Assembly: GCF_964194155.1 (NCBI RefSeq) | Contig: NC_135899.1 | Location: 2,914,001-2,978,000, forward strand | Direction of reading: 5' to 3' | Length of the DNA stretch: 64,000 nucleotides | DNA from: Cetorhinus maximus | Taxonomy: Eukaryota | In this document: positions 24,717 through 37,649 of the stretch, one piece after another | Position numbering within the stretch: position 1 is the first letter of the stretch | How the letters are laid out: each line of letters opens with the position of its first letter | The notes under the pieces: model-generated | Seen by the model: the letters and a program-made list of their open reading frames with translations, nothing else | Database searches by the model: none | Told to the model about the DNA's origin: nothing | Program-made: the position numbers and the translations under genes

Positions 24717-25359
24717 TTTGTGTTTCACTGAGTTGAGCTTCTTTGATGAGCGGGTCGGTGAAGGTAATGTGGGCTTCATGGACTTCCAAAGTGGAGATGA
24801 GGGTAATGTGGTATAATGAGCCTTTCTCTGCCCCTCACTCTTAACTCCACTTAACAGGACCTTTTCCAAGTTTCTGTCCCTCCTTTGACTAGAAGGTCTC
24901 ATTGGAACTTTCTCCTGTTCCACTCCCCTGGATTTGGGGACTTTTTTCTTTCGCTTGGGGAGATGGTAATGTCAGTGGACAAGTGATGCAAAGGCCCAGG
25001 CTACTGCTCCAGGCATACGGGTTCAAATCCAGCCATCAATAAAGTCTGCAATATAAAAGCTAGTATTTCATGATTGTTTTTAAAAACCCATCTGGTTCAC
25101 TAATCTCCTTCAGGGAAGGAAACCTGGTTCACTAATTTCCTTCAGGGAAGGAAATCTGCCATCCTTACCTGATCTGGCCTGCATGTGACTCCAGACCCAC
25201 AGCAATGTGGTTGATGCTTACCTGCCCTCTGAAATGACCTAGCACTCAGTTCAAGGTCAATTAGGGATGGGCAACAAATGCTGCCAGTGATGCCCACATC
25301 CCATGAAAGAAAAAAGGGGGGAAAAAGGCATTTGTTAATAAAGTCAAAGCTGGTAAAGT

Positions 25360-25710
25360 GAAATGCTGCAGATGCTGGAAATCTGAAGTAAAAACAAAGT
25401 GCTAGAAATAGCTAGTCCGGCAGCATTTTTTAAAATGCTTTCACGGAGTGTGGGCCTCACTGGCTTGGCAAGCATTTCGTGCTCATACCTAATTCCCTTG
25501 AGAAATTGGTAGTGGGCCACCTTCTTGAACCACTTCTCTGTGGGTGTTTCAAGATGAGTATGATTCCTTTCAAACTGTTCTGAAGAAGAGTCATGTTTGA
25601 CTCGAAAAGTTAACTGATTCTTTCTCCACTGATGTTGCCAGACCAGCTGAGTATTTTCAGCACTTTCTGTCAAAACATAAAACGTTGGAAATACTCAACA
25701 GGTCTAGCAG
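25360..25710. mobile_element. Penelope pLTR-derived terminal fragments with a hammerhead motif (25576-25615, core CUGAAGA), interleaved with a LINE 3'-tail fragment
   Basis: gtt-CTGAAGA-a-gagtc atgtt tgactc-GAAAa-GTT-aac, followed by the gatgttgccagaccagctgagt motif shared with elements 1-3. A related fragment lies at 27165-27365. Confidence 0.65.
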
Positions 25711-25718
25711 GGCACATA

Positions 25719-27055
25719 TGTTATAATCCCCAATTGAGATTACCACTGGGCAAGCCTAATCCCAGGGTGGAACCCAGCTTTTATTTGTTTGTTTAGATAC
25801 GTCGAGAGGGGCTACTGAACAGAGTCACCAGAGTCAGCTAATGAACTTTTAACAAAAGTGTAAAACATTTATTAAACAAGAAAAGATGAACTATATTACA
25901 ATACTCCTTCACCCACAACTATACCTTTGCAGGTATATATAAATTTGTAAGGATAACACAAGTTACAAAAGCTATCTTATACTCTAATGTTCACAGTAAG
26001 TAAACAGTCCATGTAAACCACCTGGCGACCTGTGGTCAGACACACCACACTCTGAAACCAAACGACAGATGCCACCTCAACCAGATGCTATGGATCTATC
26101 ATCAGCTCACCCTGATGCTCGTCACACCGTGTGCCAACCAGTCTCATTGAACTCTGTCTTTCACATGAGGGTTTCCAATCTCCACTCTTCAAGAACTTGC
26201 CTTGGAATCTTCTCCCAAACCAACGCTTTATCTCAGGCACCTTCCGCAAGGGTTCACCTCCAGGGTTTCAGACTCTCCTTCTGATGTTCCTCTCCCCTGG
26301 GTCACCACATGCATTCAAGCTTTCTTCCAAGAACTCACTCTCACTGACTCAGTTATCAACAGTACATCACTGCTTCACATGCCCATAGCAAAGAGTTACA
26401 GACCTTCAGTTGTCTCTTTGGACTTTCTGACTTCTCACAAACCTTTATATCACTTTGACTCTGCTTCCCTCAGCTTGGAGCTTTAACTTGAAGCTTGGAG
26501 CCTTTCTCTGCCCTTCACTCTTCACTCAACTTAACAGGACCTTTTCCAAGTTCCTGTCCTTCTTTTGGCTAGAAGATCTTCTTGGGATTTTCTCCTGTTC
26601 CACTCCCCTGGATTTGGGGACTTTCTTCTTTAGCTTGGGACTTGCTATCTGTCCCTTTTGCTCCAGTCCCTCTCTGGTAGCTACTTTCAACCAACATTAG
26701 CTTGGAATCAGCTATCTGTCCCTTCTAGGCTGCTTCTGCTTGGCAGCTGTCTTCAAACTGGACTCAAAACTGCTGCTTCTAGTTTCTTCTGTGTGTGTCT
26801 GTGGAAGGGACCTGCTTCTCTGGACACCTGTTGCTAGGCAACAGCCCAGTTTTTCTACTCGTGTTTGCTTAACTTCTCTTACAGTCGTAAACTCATTAGA
26901 AATGTAGGCACCTTTTAATGTGAAATTAAAACTAAACTTGACCTTTTCTTAACACAGAGATACAGAAATACAAATCAAATTTAAACTTTAAAGCTAAAAC
27001 CCATTCCCAACACCCACAAATACCTATATAACTTTACTATCTCTATTTCCTAATA
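25719..27055 (-). mobile_element. Probable solo LTR (~1.34 kb)
   Basis: Termini TGTTA...TAATA (TAACA-like) with a 4-bp TSD CATA at 25715-25718 and 27056-27059; no ORF; minus-strand AATAAA motifs near the left end; interrupts Penelope-derived sequence. Confidence 0.55.
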
Positions 27056-27369
27056 CATAGACACAGGCTGCTTGGTGCAGGGGACTGGGGGGGGCGGGGG
27101 GGAGGTGGGGAGGAAACACCCTCCCCCTTCTTCTCCCTCCCCAAAAACTTTTCCACACACTGGGCTGTGGCGAGAGAAACAGAATTAACATTTCAGAACA
27201 TGACCTTTCATTTGGTAATTAAGCCAATCAACAGTGGTGTAGAGAAGAGGTACTGGATGGCGGTGTTCCTCTCTCCACAGATGCTGCCAGACCTGCTGAC
27301 TAATTCCAACATTTTCTGTTCTGATATAAGATTTCCAGTATCCGCAGTATTTTGCTTTTGCATTTGATA

Positions 27370-28620
27370 AAATGCCTCATAATAGGCTTGCCAGCAAAAC
27401 TCAAGCCCGTGGACTAAAAGGGACAGTAATAGCATGGATACAAAATTGGCAGATAGTGGTGAATGGTTGTTTTTTGGACTGGAAGATGATATAGAGTGGG
27501 GTTCTCCAGGAATCAGTACGTGGACCACTGCTTTTCCTGATATATATTTTTGATCTAGGGTTGGGTGTGCATGGCACAATTTCAAAATTTGCGGGTGAGA
27601 CAAAACTTAGAAGTATTGTGAACCGTGAAGAGGATAGTGGTAAACTTCAAGCGGACAGACAGGCTGATGGAATGCACTGACACAAGGCAGATGATAGTTA
27701 ATGCAGAGAAGTGAAAAGTGATACATTTTGGTAAGAAGAAAGCGAAGAGGCAGTATAAGCTAAAGGATGGTACATTAACAGAGATACGAGGAGGTACACC
27801 GTGCACAAATTGTTGAAAGCGGCAGGGCAGTTTGAGAAAGCAGTTAAAAAAAATGTGATCCTGGGTGTAGAAACATGCTCTTAATCAAACAAAACAAACT
27901 TCATTCACACGAGAGCTATATCCAGCCAGCCCCTCATACAGCCATTTTTTCCTGGGAAACCCCTGCCTAGAATTTATTCCCCCACATTAGCCACACATTA
28001 GTTGAACAAATCACATAACCCCTACTCAGTTAAATTGATCTTAAAGTGACCTTCATCACACTGGGGTTTATAAATAGCAACATAAAGTACAAAAGCAAGG
28101 ACATTATGATGAGCCTTTATGAAAGGCTAGTTTGACAACAACTGGAGAATTGTGTCCAATTCTGGGTACTGTACTTCTTAAAGAATGTGAAGGCCTTAGA
28201 GCAGGTGCTGAAGATTTATTGGAATGGTTCCAGGGATAAAGAACTTTTACATAAATAAATTGGAGAAACGGGGGCTGCTCTCCTTAGAGTAAAAAAGGTT
28301 GAAGAGATTTGATAGAGGTTTTCAAAATCCTGAGTGGTCTAGACAGAGTAGATAGGGAGAAATTGTTCCCATTGATGGAAGGGCCAAGTACCAGAGAGCA
28401 CCTATTTAAGCTGAATGGGAAAAGCATCAAAGGCAACATGAGGAAAAACTTTTACACAGTGAGTGATTATAATCTGGAATGCCTAACCTGAAACGGTGGT
28501 GGAGGCATTTCAATTATGGCTTTCTAAAGGGAATAAATACACAAGGGAAAATTTACAGGAGTACGTATCTACAGTCCTGTAGTCCTGTAGGACTACAGGA
28601 AAAGGGCAGGAGAGAGGGAT
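27370..28620 (+). mobile_element. Old CR1 ORF2 3' fragment
   Basis: IEVFKILSGLDRVDREKLFPL and degenerate RT motifs. Confidence 0.7.
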
Positions 28621-30785
28621 TAGCCAAACCATTGAGAGTCTGACTGGAGCAAAATTAACACTTTTGGAAACATTTACATTTTTAATTTAATAAAAACACG
28701 CAAAGATTGGGATTTCTTGTTCATAACATTACTTTTAACAAAATTAACTTATATTCAAATAAATTCATATATAATTTGTAAAAGCAGTTGCTGGAAAACT
28801 GAAATAAAAGGTGTAAGCGTTAGCAAAAATTTGAATTTATAATTCAGGCTGACATTGTCAGAGGTGCCATCTTTAGATGTGAGGTTAAATCAAGACCCCT
28901 TCATTCTCTGGAGTGGATACAAATGTACGAATTAGGCACAGGAGAAAGCCACTTGATCCCTTGAACCTGCTCCATTATTCAATAAGATCATGGCTGCTAT
29001 AAAAGATCCAATGACACTAGATCAAAGAAGAGCAAGGGAATTCTCCTGCTGTTGTGGACAATAAAAGGTTTAACTTAAAGGGATAAGTCATGGAAGGAGA
29101 GCTCACAGCCATAGTGTGCTCCTCATGCTCCATGTGGGAAGCCGAAAACATTTCCAGTGCCCGGGACCAGCATGTGTGTAGGAAGTGTGTCCAGCTGCAG
29201 CTCCTGGAAGCTCGGGTTTCAGAGCTGGAACGGCGGCTGGGGACACTGTGGAGCATCCGCGAGTCTGAGAGAATCATAGATAGCACGTTTAGAGAGGTGG
29301 TCACGCCACAGCTGAAGGGACTTGAGGAAGGAAGAGAATAGGTGACCAGCAGGCAGTCCAAGAGAAACAGGCAGGTAGTTCAGGAGTCCCCTGGGGTCCC
29401 ACTCGCAAATCGGTATTCCATTTTGGAGGCTGATGAGGACCCTAGTTCCTCTAGGGAGTGCAGAAAGAGCGAATCTTCTGGCAGCACAAGCAGCCTGTCT
29501 GTACAGGAGGGGAGGAAAAGCAATAGTAATATTGTTCTATAGTCAGGGGAACAGATAGGTGCTACTGTGGCCATAAACGTGACTCCAGGATGGTGCGTTG
29601 CCTCCCTGGTACTAGGGTGCGGGATGTCACTGAACGGCTGCAGGGCATCCTGAAGGGGGAGGGTGATAAGGCAGAGGTCATGGTACATGTTAGTACCAAT
29701 GACATAGGTAGAAAGAGGAATGAGGTCTTGCATCAAGAATTCAGGGAGTTAGGCAGTAGACTGAAAAGCAGGAACTCACGGGTTGTAATCTCTGGATTAC
29801 TCCCCAGTGCCATGTGCTGGCGAGCACAGAAATAGGAGAATAGCGCAGATGAATACTGGCTTAAGAGTTGGTGCAGGAGGGAGGGTTTTAGTTTCCTGGA
29901 TCACTGGGATCGTTTCTGGCGAAGGTGGGCCTGTACAAGCGGAACAGTCTACATCTGAACCAGAGTGGAACTAACATCCTTGTGGGTAGGTTTGCTAGTG
30001 CTGTTGGAAGGAGTATAAACTAATTCGGCAGGGGGAGGGGACACAGAATGTTAGCAGAATAGGGACACATCATAATACAGTAAAACAATCAAGTCAGAGG
30101 GAGTACAGCTGCATTAAGTTTCAAGGGAGTAAGGCAAGGCTGGATGGCCTCTACTTTAATGCCAGGAGTATTACAGGGAAAACAGATGAGTTAAGGGTGA
30201 GGATTGACACGTGGAATTGTGATATAGTAGCCATCACAGAGATGTGGTTGAGGGAGGGGCAGGATTGGCAGCTCAACATTCCGGGATATAGAATCTTCAG
30301 GTGAGACAGGGGAGGGGGTAAAAGAGGAGGTGGTACTGCATTATTAGTTAAGGGGTCAGTTACTGCAGTAAGGAGAGATGATATCTTGGAGGGGACATCG
30401 AAGGAAACTTTGTGGGTAGATCTTAGGAATAAAAAAGTGGCAGCCACATTGTTAGGTGTTTCATATAGACCCCCCAGATAGTCAGCGGGAAATTGAGCAA
30501 ATATGTGCACAATTTGCGGAGGTGTGTAAAAACAATAACAATAGGGTAATTATATTAGGTGATTTCAACTTTCCCAACATTAATTGGGATAGACATAGTG
30601 TTAAGGGCTTGGATGGAGTAGATTTCTTGAAATGTGTACAGAAGAACTTTTTGGGTCAATATGTAGAGGGTCTAACAAGGACGGCGCATTGCTGGACCTA
30701 ATTCTGGGGAATGAACCTGGACAAGTGGCTGAGGTGGTGGTGGGGAGCATTTTAGTGATAGCGACCACAACATGGTACAATTTAA

Positions 30786-33653
30786 AAACAAAAAGCTAAA
30801 AGCTACTGCGGATGCTGGAAATCCAAAACAAAAACAGAATTACCTGGAAAAACTCAGCAGGTCTGGCAGCATCGGTGGAGAAGAAATCAGTTAACGTTTC
30901 AAGTCTTCATGACGCTTCGGCAGAACTGAGTATAGTTAGGAGAAAGGTGAAATATAAGCTGGTCTAAGGTGGGGGGCGGGGGGAGAGGGAAGTTGAGGGT
31001 GGGATGATTGTGGAGATAAGCAAGCAGTGATAGAAGCAGATAATCATAAGATGTCACAGACAAAAGGATCAAAGAGGTGTTGAAGGTGGTGATATTATCT
31101 AAGAAAAGTGCTAATTAAGAATGGAAGGCAGGATACTCAAGGTACAGCTCTAGTGGGGGTGGGGTGGAAAGACTAACAAAGTTTTAGTTTTAGATTTTAA
31201 AATAATGGAAATAGGTGGGAAAAGAAAAATCTATATAAATTATTGAAAGAAAAAGGGAGGGGGGAGAAAGGGGGTGGGGATGGGGGGAGGGGGAGTTTAA
31301 GATCTAAAGTTGTTGAATTCAATATTCAGCCCGGAAGGCTGTCAAGTGCCTAGTCGGAAGATGAGGTGCTGTTCCTCCAGTTTGCGTTGGGCTTCACTGG
31401 AACAATGCAGCAAGCCAAGGACAGACATGTGGGCAAGAGAACAGGGTGGAGTGTTAAAATGGCAAGCGACAGGGAGGTTTGGGTCTTTCTTGCGGACAGA
31501 CCGCAGGTGTTCTGCAAAACGGTCGCCCAGTTTGCGTTTGGTCTCTCCAATGTAGAGGAGACCGCATTGGGAGCAACGAATGCAGTAGACTAAGTTAGGG
31601 GAAATGCAAGTGAAATGCTGCTTCACTTGAAAGGAGTGTTTGGGCCCTTGGACGGTGAGGAGAGAGGAAGTGAAGGGGCAGGTGTTGCATCTTCTGTGTG
31701 GGCATGGGGAGGTGCCATAGGTGGGGGTTGAGGAGTAGGGGGTGATGGAGGAGTGGACCAGGGTGTCCCCGAGGGAACGATCCCTACGGAATGCCGCCAG
31801 GGGGGGTGAAGGGAAGATGTGTTTGGTGGTGGCATCATGCTGGAGTTGGAGGAAATGGTGGAGGATGATCCTTTGAATGCGGAGGCTGGTGGGGTGATAA
31901 GTGAGGACAAGGGGGACCCTATCATGTTTCTGGGAAGGAGGAGAAGGCGTGAGGGCGGATGGGCGGGTTATGGGCCGGACACGGTTGAGAGCCCTGTCAA
32001 CGACCGTGGGTGGAAAACCTCGGTTAAGGAAGAAGGAGGACATGTCAGAGGAGCTGTTTTTGAAGGTAGCATCATCAGAACAGATGCGACAGAGGCGAAG
32101 GAACTGAGAGAATGGGATGGAGTCCTTACAGGAAGCGGGGTGTGAGGAGCTGTAGTCGAGGTAGCTGTGGGAATTGGTAGGCTTGTAATGGATATTCGTG
32201 GACAGTCTATCATCAGAAATTGAGACAGAGAGGTCAAGGAAGGGAAGAGAAGTGTCAGAGATGGACCATGTGAAAATGATGGAGGGGTGGAGATTGGAAG
32301 CAAAATTAATAAATTTTTCCACGTCCCGACGAGAGCATGAAGCAGCACCGAAGTAATCATCGATGTACCGGAGAAAGAGTTGTGGGAGGGGGCCGGAGTA
32401 GGACTGGAACAAGGAATGTTCCACATACCCCATGAAGAGACAGGCATAGCTGGGGCCCATGCGGGTACCCATAACCACACCTTTTATTTGGAGGAAGTGA
32501 GAGGAGTTAAAGGAGAAATTGTTCAGTGTGAGAACAAGTTCAGCCAGACGGAGGAGAGTAGTGGTGGATGGGGATTGTTCGGGCCTCTGCTCAAGGAAGA
32601 AGCTAAGGGCCCTTAGACCATCCTGGTGGGGGATGGAGGTGTAGAGGGATTGGACATCCATGGTGAAGAGGAAGCGGTTGGGGCCAGGGAACTGGAAATT
32701 GTTGATGTGACGTAAGGTGTCAGAGGAATCACGGATGTAGGTGGGAAGGGACTGGACAAGGGGAGAGAGAAGGGAGTCAAGATAACGAGAAATGAGTTCC
32801 GTGGGGCAGGAACAGGCTGACACGATCGGTCTGCCAGGACAGTTCTGTTTGTGGATTTTGGGTAGGAGGTAGAAGCGGGCCGTCTGAGGTTGGGCAACTA
32901 TCAAGTTGGAAGCTGTGGGAGGAAGATCTCCAGAGGAGATGAGGTCAGTGACAGTCCTGGAAACAATGGCTTGATGTTCTGTGGTGGGGTCATGGTCCAG
33001 GGAGAGGTAGGAGGAAGTGTCTGCGAGTTGACGCTCAGCCTCCGCGAGGTAGAGGTCAATGCGCCAGACAACAACAGTACCACCCTTGTCAGCGGGTTTG
33101 ATGACAATGTTGGGTTGGACCTGAGAGAACGGAGTGCAGTGAGTTCAGAGAGAGACAGATTAGAATGGGTGAGAGGAGCAGAGAAATTGAGATGGCTAAT
33201 GTCACGCCGACAGTTCTCAATGAAAAGATCAAGAGAAGGTAAGAATCCAGAGGGAGGGGTCCAGGTGGAGGGAGAATATTGGAGGTGGGTAAAAGGATCC
33301 GTTGAACGGGGAGAGGTCTCCTGCCCAAAGAAGTGAGCACGGAGACAAAGACGGCGGGAGAAGAGTTCAGCATCATGCCGAGCCCAAAATTCATTGAGAT
33401 GAGGGCGTAGGGTATGAAGCTAAGTCCTTTGCTGAGCACTGAACGTTCAGCATCGGAGAGGGGAAGGTCAGGGGGTATAGTGAATACGCGGCTGGGGCTG
33501 GGATTGGAAGATGGGGTGGGGACGGAGGGACAAGCAGGGGTGGAGGGTCCCGAGTTCTGCCGAAGGGTCATGAAGACTCGAAATGTTAACTGATTTCTTC
33601 TCCACCGATGCTGCCAGACCTGCTGAGTTTTTCCAGGTAATTCTGTTTTTGTT
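30786..33653 (-). mobile_element. Penelope-like retroelement 2 (same family), inserted into CR1 ORF2
   Basis: ORF 31342-32904 has YIDD and GIY-YIG, with a premature TGA ~15 codons before the end seen in element 1. 14-bp TSD atggtacaatttaa at 30772-30785 and 33654-33667. Short inverted 3' copy at 33552-33653. Confidence 0.93.
30888..30928 (-). ncRNA. Hammerhead-like motif in Penelope element 2 (variant core CUGCCGA); second copy at 33552-33592 (+)
   Basis: cagtt-CTGCCGA-a-gcgtc atgaa gactt-GAAAC-GTT-aactg. Confidence 0.6.
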
Positions 33654-36600
33654 ATGGTACAATTTAAGCTTGTTATGGACAAAGAAATAGACAAGTTGCA
33701 AAAAAATGTTTTGGATTGGGGGAGAGCGGATTTTAGTAAAATAAGGCAGGATCTGGCTAAGGTAGACTGGGAACAGCTACTTGTGGGGAAATCTACGGAA
33801 GAGCAGTGGGGGGTGTTCAAAAAGGAAATGGGGAGGGCACAGGCTCAACATGCTCCCTCTAGGGTGATAGGAAGGAGTAACAAGCCCAGAGAACCATGGA
33901 TGACCAGAGATATTCAGGATACGATGAGAAGGAAAAAAAGAGGCTTTTAGCAGGTACAAGGGGAGCAAATCAGCGGAGGCATTAATGGAGTACAGAAAGT
34001 GCAGGGTAGAGCTTAAGAAAACAATTAGGAGAGCAAAGAGGGGATATGAGAAAGCTCTGGCTGGTAAAAGTAGGGAAAATCCCAAGATATTCTATAAGTG
34101 GGAAGAGGATAACCAGGGAAAGAGTAGGGCCGATTAGGGACCAAGGGGGCAATCTATGGGTGGAGCCAGAGGACATCGGTAGAGTGTTGAACGAATACTT
34201 CACATCCGTCTTCACCCAAGAGGATGAAGGTATCAATCTCAGGGAAAGAGACTGCGAGGTTCTTGAGCAAATTGATAGAGGGAATGACAGGTATTGGAGG
34301 TGTTGGCAGGCTTAAAAGTGGACAAATCTTCAGGTCCAGATGATTTGTGTCCCAGACTGCTGAGGAAGGCAAGAGAGGAGATCGCAGGGGCTCTGACCCA
34401 AATTTTTAATTCCTCTCTGGCCACGGGGGAGGTGCCAGAGGACTGGAGAACAGCTAATGTGGTTCTGCTATTTAAGAAGGGTTGTAGAGATAAGCCAGGG
34501 AACTACAGACCAGCGAGTCTCACGTCAGTGGTAGGGAAACTGTTGGAGAAAATTCTGAAGGAGGGAATCTATCTCCACTTGAAGAGGCAAGGTTTGATCA
34601 GGGATAGTCAGCATGGCTTTGTCAGAGGGAGGTTATACCTAACAAATTTGATTGCATTTTTTGAGGTGACCAGGTATGTAGATGAGGGTAGTGCAGTTGA
34701 TGCAGTTTATATGGATTTCAGCAAAGCCTTTGACAAGTTCCCACATGGAAGACTTATGAAGAAGGCAAATGCTCATGGGATACAGGGTAATTTGATAAGG
34801 TGGATTCAAAATTAGCTTAGTTGTAGGAGACAGAGGGTGATGACAGAAGGCTGTTTTAGTGACTGGAAGCCAGTGTCCAGTGGCGTACCAGAGGAATCTG
34901 TGCTGGGTCCCTTATTATTCGTCTTTTATATAAACGACATAGATGACAATGTGGGGGGTGGATTAGTAAGTTTGCGGATGACACAAAGATTGGCCGGGTG
35001 GTTAACAGTGAGCTTGAGTGTCTTGGGCTACAGGAAGATATAGATGAGATGGTCAAATGGGCAGATAAGTGGCAGATGGAATTTAACCCTGAACAGTGTG
35101 AGGTGATATATTTTGGAAGGAATAATTTGACAAAGTATTCAATGAACATCATAACACTAGGAAGTTCTGAGGAACAAAGGGACCTTGGCGTGTCCATAGA
35201 TCTCTGAAGACGGAGGGGCATGTTAGTGGGGTGATGAAAAAGGCATATGGGACACTTGCCTTTATTAATCGAGGCATAGATTACAAAAGTAGGGAGGTCA
35301 TTTTGGAGTTGTATAGAACCTTGGTGAGGCCACAACTGGAGCACTGTGTGCAGTTCTGGTCGCCACATTATAGGAAGGATGTGATTGCATTGGACGGGGT
35401 GCAGAGGAGATTCACCACGATGTTGCCTGGGATGAAACATTTAAGTTATGAAGAGAGGTTGGATAGACTTGGGTTGTTTACGTTGGAGCAGAGAAGCCTG
35501 AGGGGTGACATGATCGAGATGTACAATATTATGAGGGGCATGGACAGGGTGGATAGGGAGCAGCTGTTCCCCTTAGTTGAAGGGTCAGTCAAAAGGGGAC
35601 ACAAGTTCAAGGTGAGGGGCAGGAGGTTTAGTAAAGGAAAAACATTTTTACCCAGAGGGTGGTGATGGTCTGGAATGCGCTGCCTGGGAAGGTGGGGGAG
35701 GTGGGTTGCCTCATATCCTTTAAAAAGTACCTGTATGAGCACTTGACACATCATAACATTCAAGGCTATGGGCCAAGTGCTGGTAAATGGGATTAGATAG
35801 GTAGGTCAGGTGTTTCTCACGTGTCGGTGCAGACTCGATGGGCCGAAGGGCCTCTTCTGAACTCTGTGATCTAATTATTATCTCATTATTCTTTGAGTGC
35901 AAATTTACTGTTGCCTTTCCTATATTACAACAAGAACCACATTCCCAATATATTTCATTGATCGTAAAGTAATTTTGGATATCCTGAGGTTTCAAAAGGT
36001 ACTATAGAAATCGAAGTTCTTCCTTTCTCCAAAGGCATTGAAAAGTTATGCCGACATTTCTGAATTATTTTAAGGTGAGACTGGCCATGGCATGCATGTG
36101 AGACCCTATCCTTTATGATTTCCTGATTTAGATGAGGAGGTATTCCACATTATTGGCCTATAATTGGTTCAATTCTGTTTCAACTGAGTGCAATTAAATA
36201 GGCAGAGATCACAATCATATGGAGTCCATGGAATGGGTGAGGTGGGCTGAGAAAATTCAGCTCTCATCCCATATTTGTACTTCAGTGCTTGGCAACAGCA
36301 GCTGAACAAAAAGGCAAACCGGAGGGTTTAATTGCATCTTGGACATGCTGTTGTTCATATTCGTATTCTTGTTGGAGCACAAATCATTTACATTTGAGCA
36401 AGATGATGAACTCATCAGCAAATTGATACTGGGCCCAATATTACCTGTGCTGGTTGCTGAGTAAACATATTATCTTCCACTGGTGGACTTCCTTACTTGA
36501 TTATTTCATTCCTTAAATTGCCTACAAGTCTGTTGGTATGTAACTGGAAATAGAATCATTTGCACTTGACTAAAATATGTATTTGACTGCAAAGTTCCTC

Positions 36601-36761
36601 ATTTGCATCTTGTATGCATATTTATTTTAAAAATGTATATGTATTGAGAGTGCCACATGTGTATAGTGGAGAAATAAATAATAGGAAAATGTGTCTAATC
36701 GCTGAGAGTTGAATCCAAAAGTACATTTAATCTGTGCTAAAGTATCTAATCCTGCCAGGGG

Positions 36762-37064
36762 AAGCCCCTCAGGCTGTACAGCTCAAAATGAATGTATGCA
36801 TTGAATAATAGTTATATTATAATTGGTTTTAAGCACCTCAGAGTGCAACAGGATGTATGTTGATAACTCCAATACCATTCATTGTCTGATTGTCTATAAT
36901 GACCATATTGAAATGATTGTAATATTCATTGATTGTATTGATGCACCTCGTGATCCATGTGTATAAAAGTTGAATCTGATTGTACTCTTGTGATGGTGAT
37001 TTTGAAATGTTTTGTAATGGTCTTCGAGAAACTTTATGAATAAAGTATATTTTTCAAAAAAAAA
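36762..37064 (+). mobile_element. Polyadenylated retro-insertion (probable L1/Tx1-type 3' UTR)
   Basis: AATAAA at 37039, A9 tail, 16-bp TSD ctaatc(c/t)tgccagggg at 36746-36761 and 37065-37080. Confidence 0.7.
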
Positions 37065-37127
37065 CTAATCTTGCCAGGGGCAGCAACAGGGCAGCATCGA
37101 TCAGCCTCAGCGTCATTAGGGTAGGAA

Positions 37128-37270
37128 ACTCTTTCGAGTTATCAACAGTCACAGATTGCAACTCTTTCGAGTACAATCACAGTTCTTGGTTTCCAGGAGT
37201 GGGACATGAACCCACAACCCTCTGATTCAAAGGCGAGGGTGCTATGAACTGAGCCACAGCTGACACCTCA
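37128..37270 (-). mobile_element. 143-bp tRNA-derived mini-SINE with a twin-hairpin tail
   Basis: A-box tggctcagtt and B-box ggttcatgtccc; 13-bp TSD attagggtaggaa at 37115-37127 and 37271-37283; second copy at 44231-44368. Confidence 0.75.
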
Positions 37271-37649
37271 ATTAGGGTAGGAAGGGGAACTTTCCAGGCC
37301 CCTCAGGTGAGTGAGAACTGTAAAGTCGAGATGTTGCTGGCCGGGAGCTCATGTAGGTCAGTGAGCGCAGGCGGGCGGCGATGGGTGAACAGGACTTGGT
37401 GCGAATCAGGACACGGGCAGCAAGAATGTTGGATGAGCTGCAGTTTACTCGACGATGGGCGGAAAATAATTCCGAAGGCGCTGAGCGGTTGCACGACCAA
37501 TGAAGCTGCAAAATAAAATAAATCATTGGTTGAATTTACATTAAACATTCTCCTTCGTGTTAAAAAAAATCCCATTAGCGAGCAGCCCAATTTCAGAAGC
37601 TGCTGCACTCAGAGGATCCACATCCTTCAATCTCTTTATCTCTAACCAC

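Larger units (their letters stand above)
29063..35871 (+). mobile_element. Near full-length degenerate CR1 LINE (ORF1 Zn-finger/leucine zipper + SGNH esterase; ORF2 endonuclease + RT), interrupted by Penelope element 2
   Basis: CSSCSMWE...CRKCVQLQLLEARVSELE; CLPG..VRDV...VHVSTNDIG; ILGDFNFPNINW; PGNYRPASLTSVVGKLLE; YMDFSKAFDK; RPQLEHCVQFWSP; 3' UTR gatgggccgaagggcct. Multiple stops and frameshifts. Confidence 0.92.

Noticed and set aside
37195-37270. tRNA-like sequences here and at several SINE heads
   Set aside because: Degenerate, with no complete cloverleaf; they are SINE heads, not tRNA genes.
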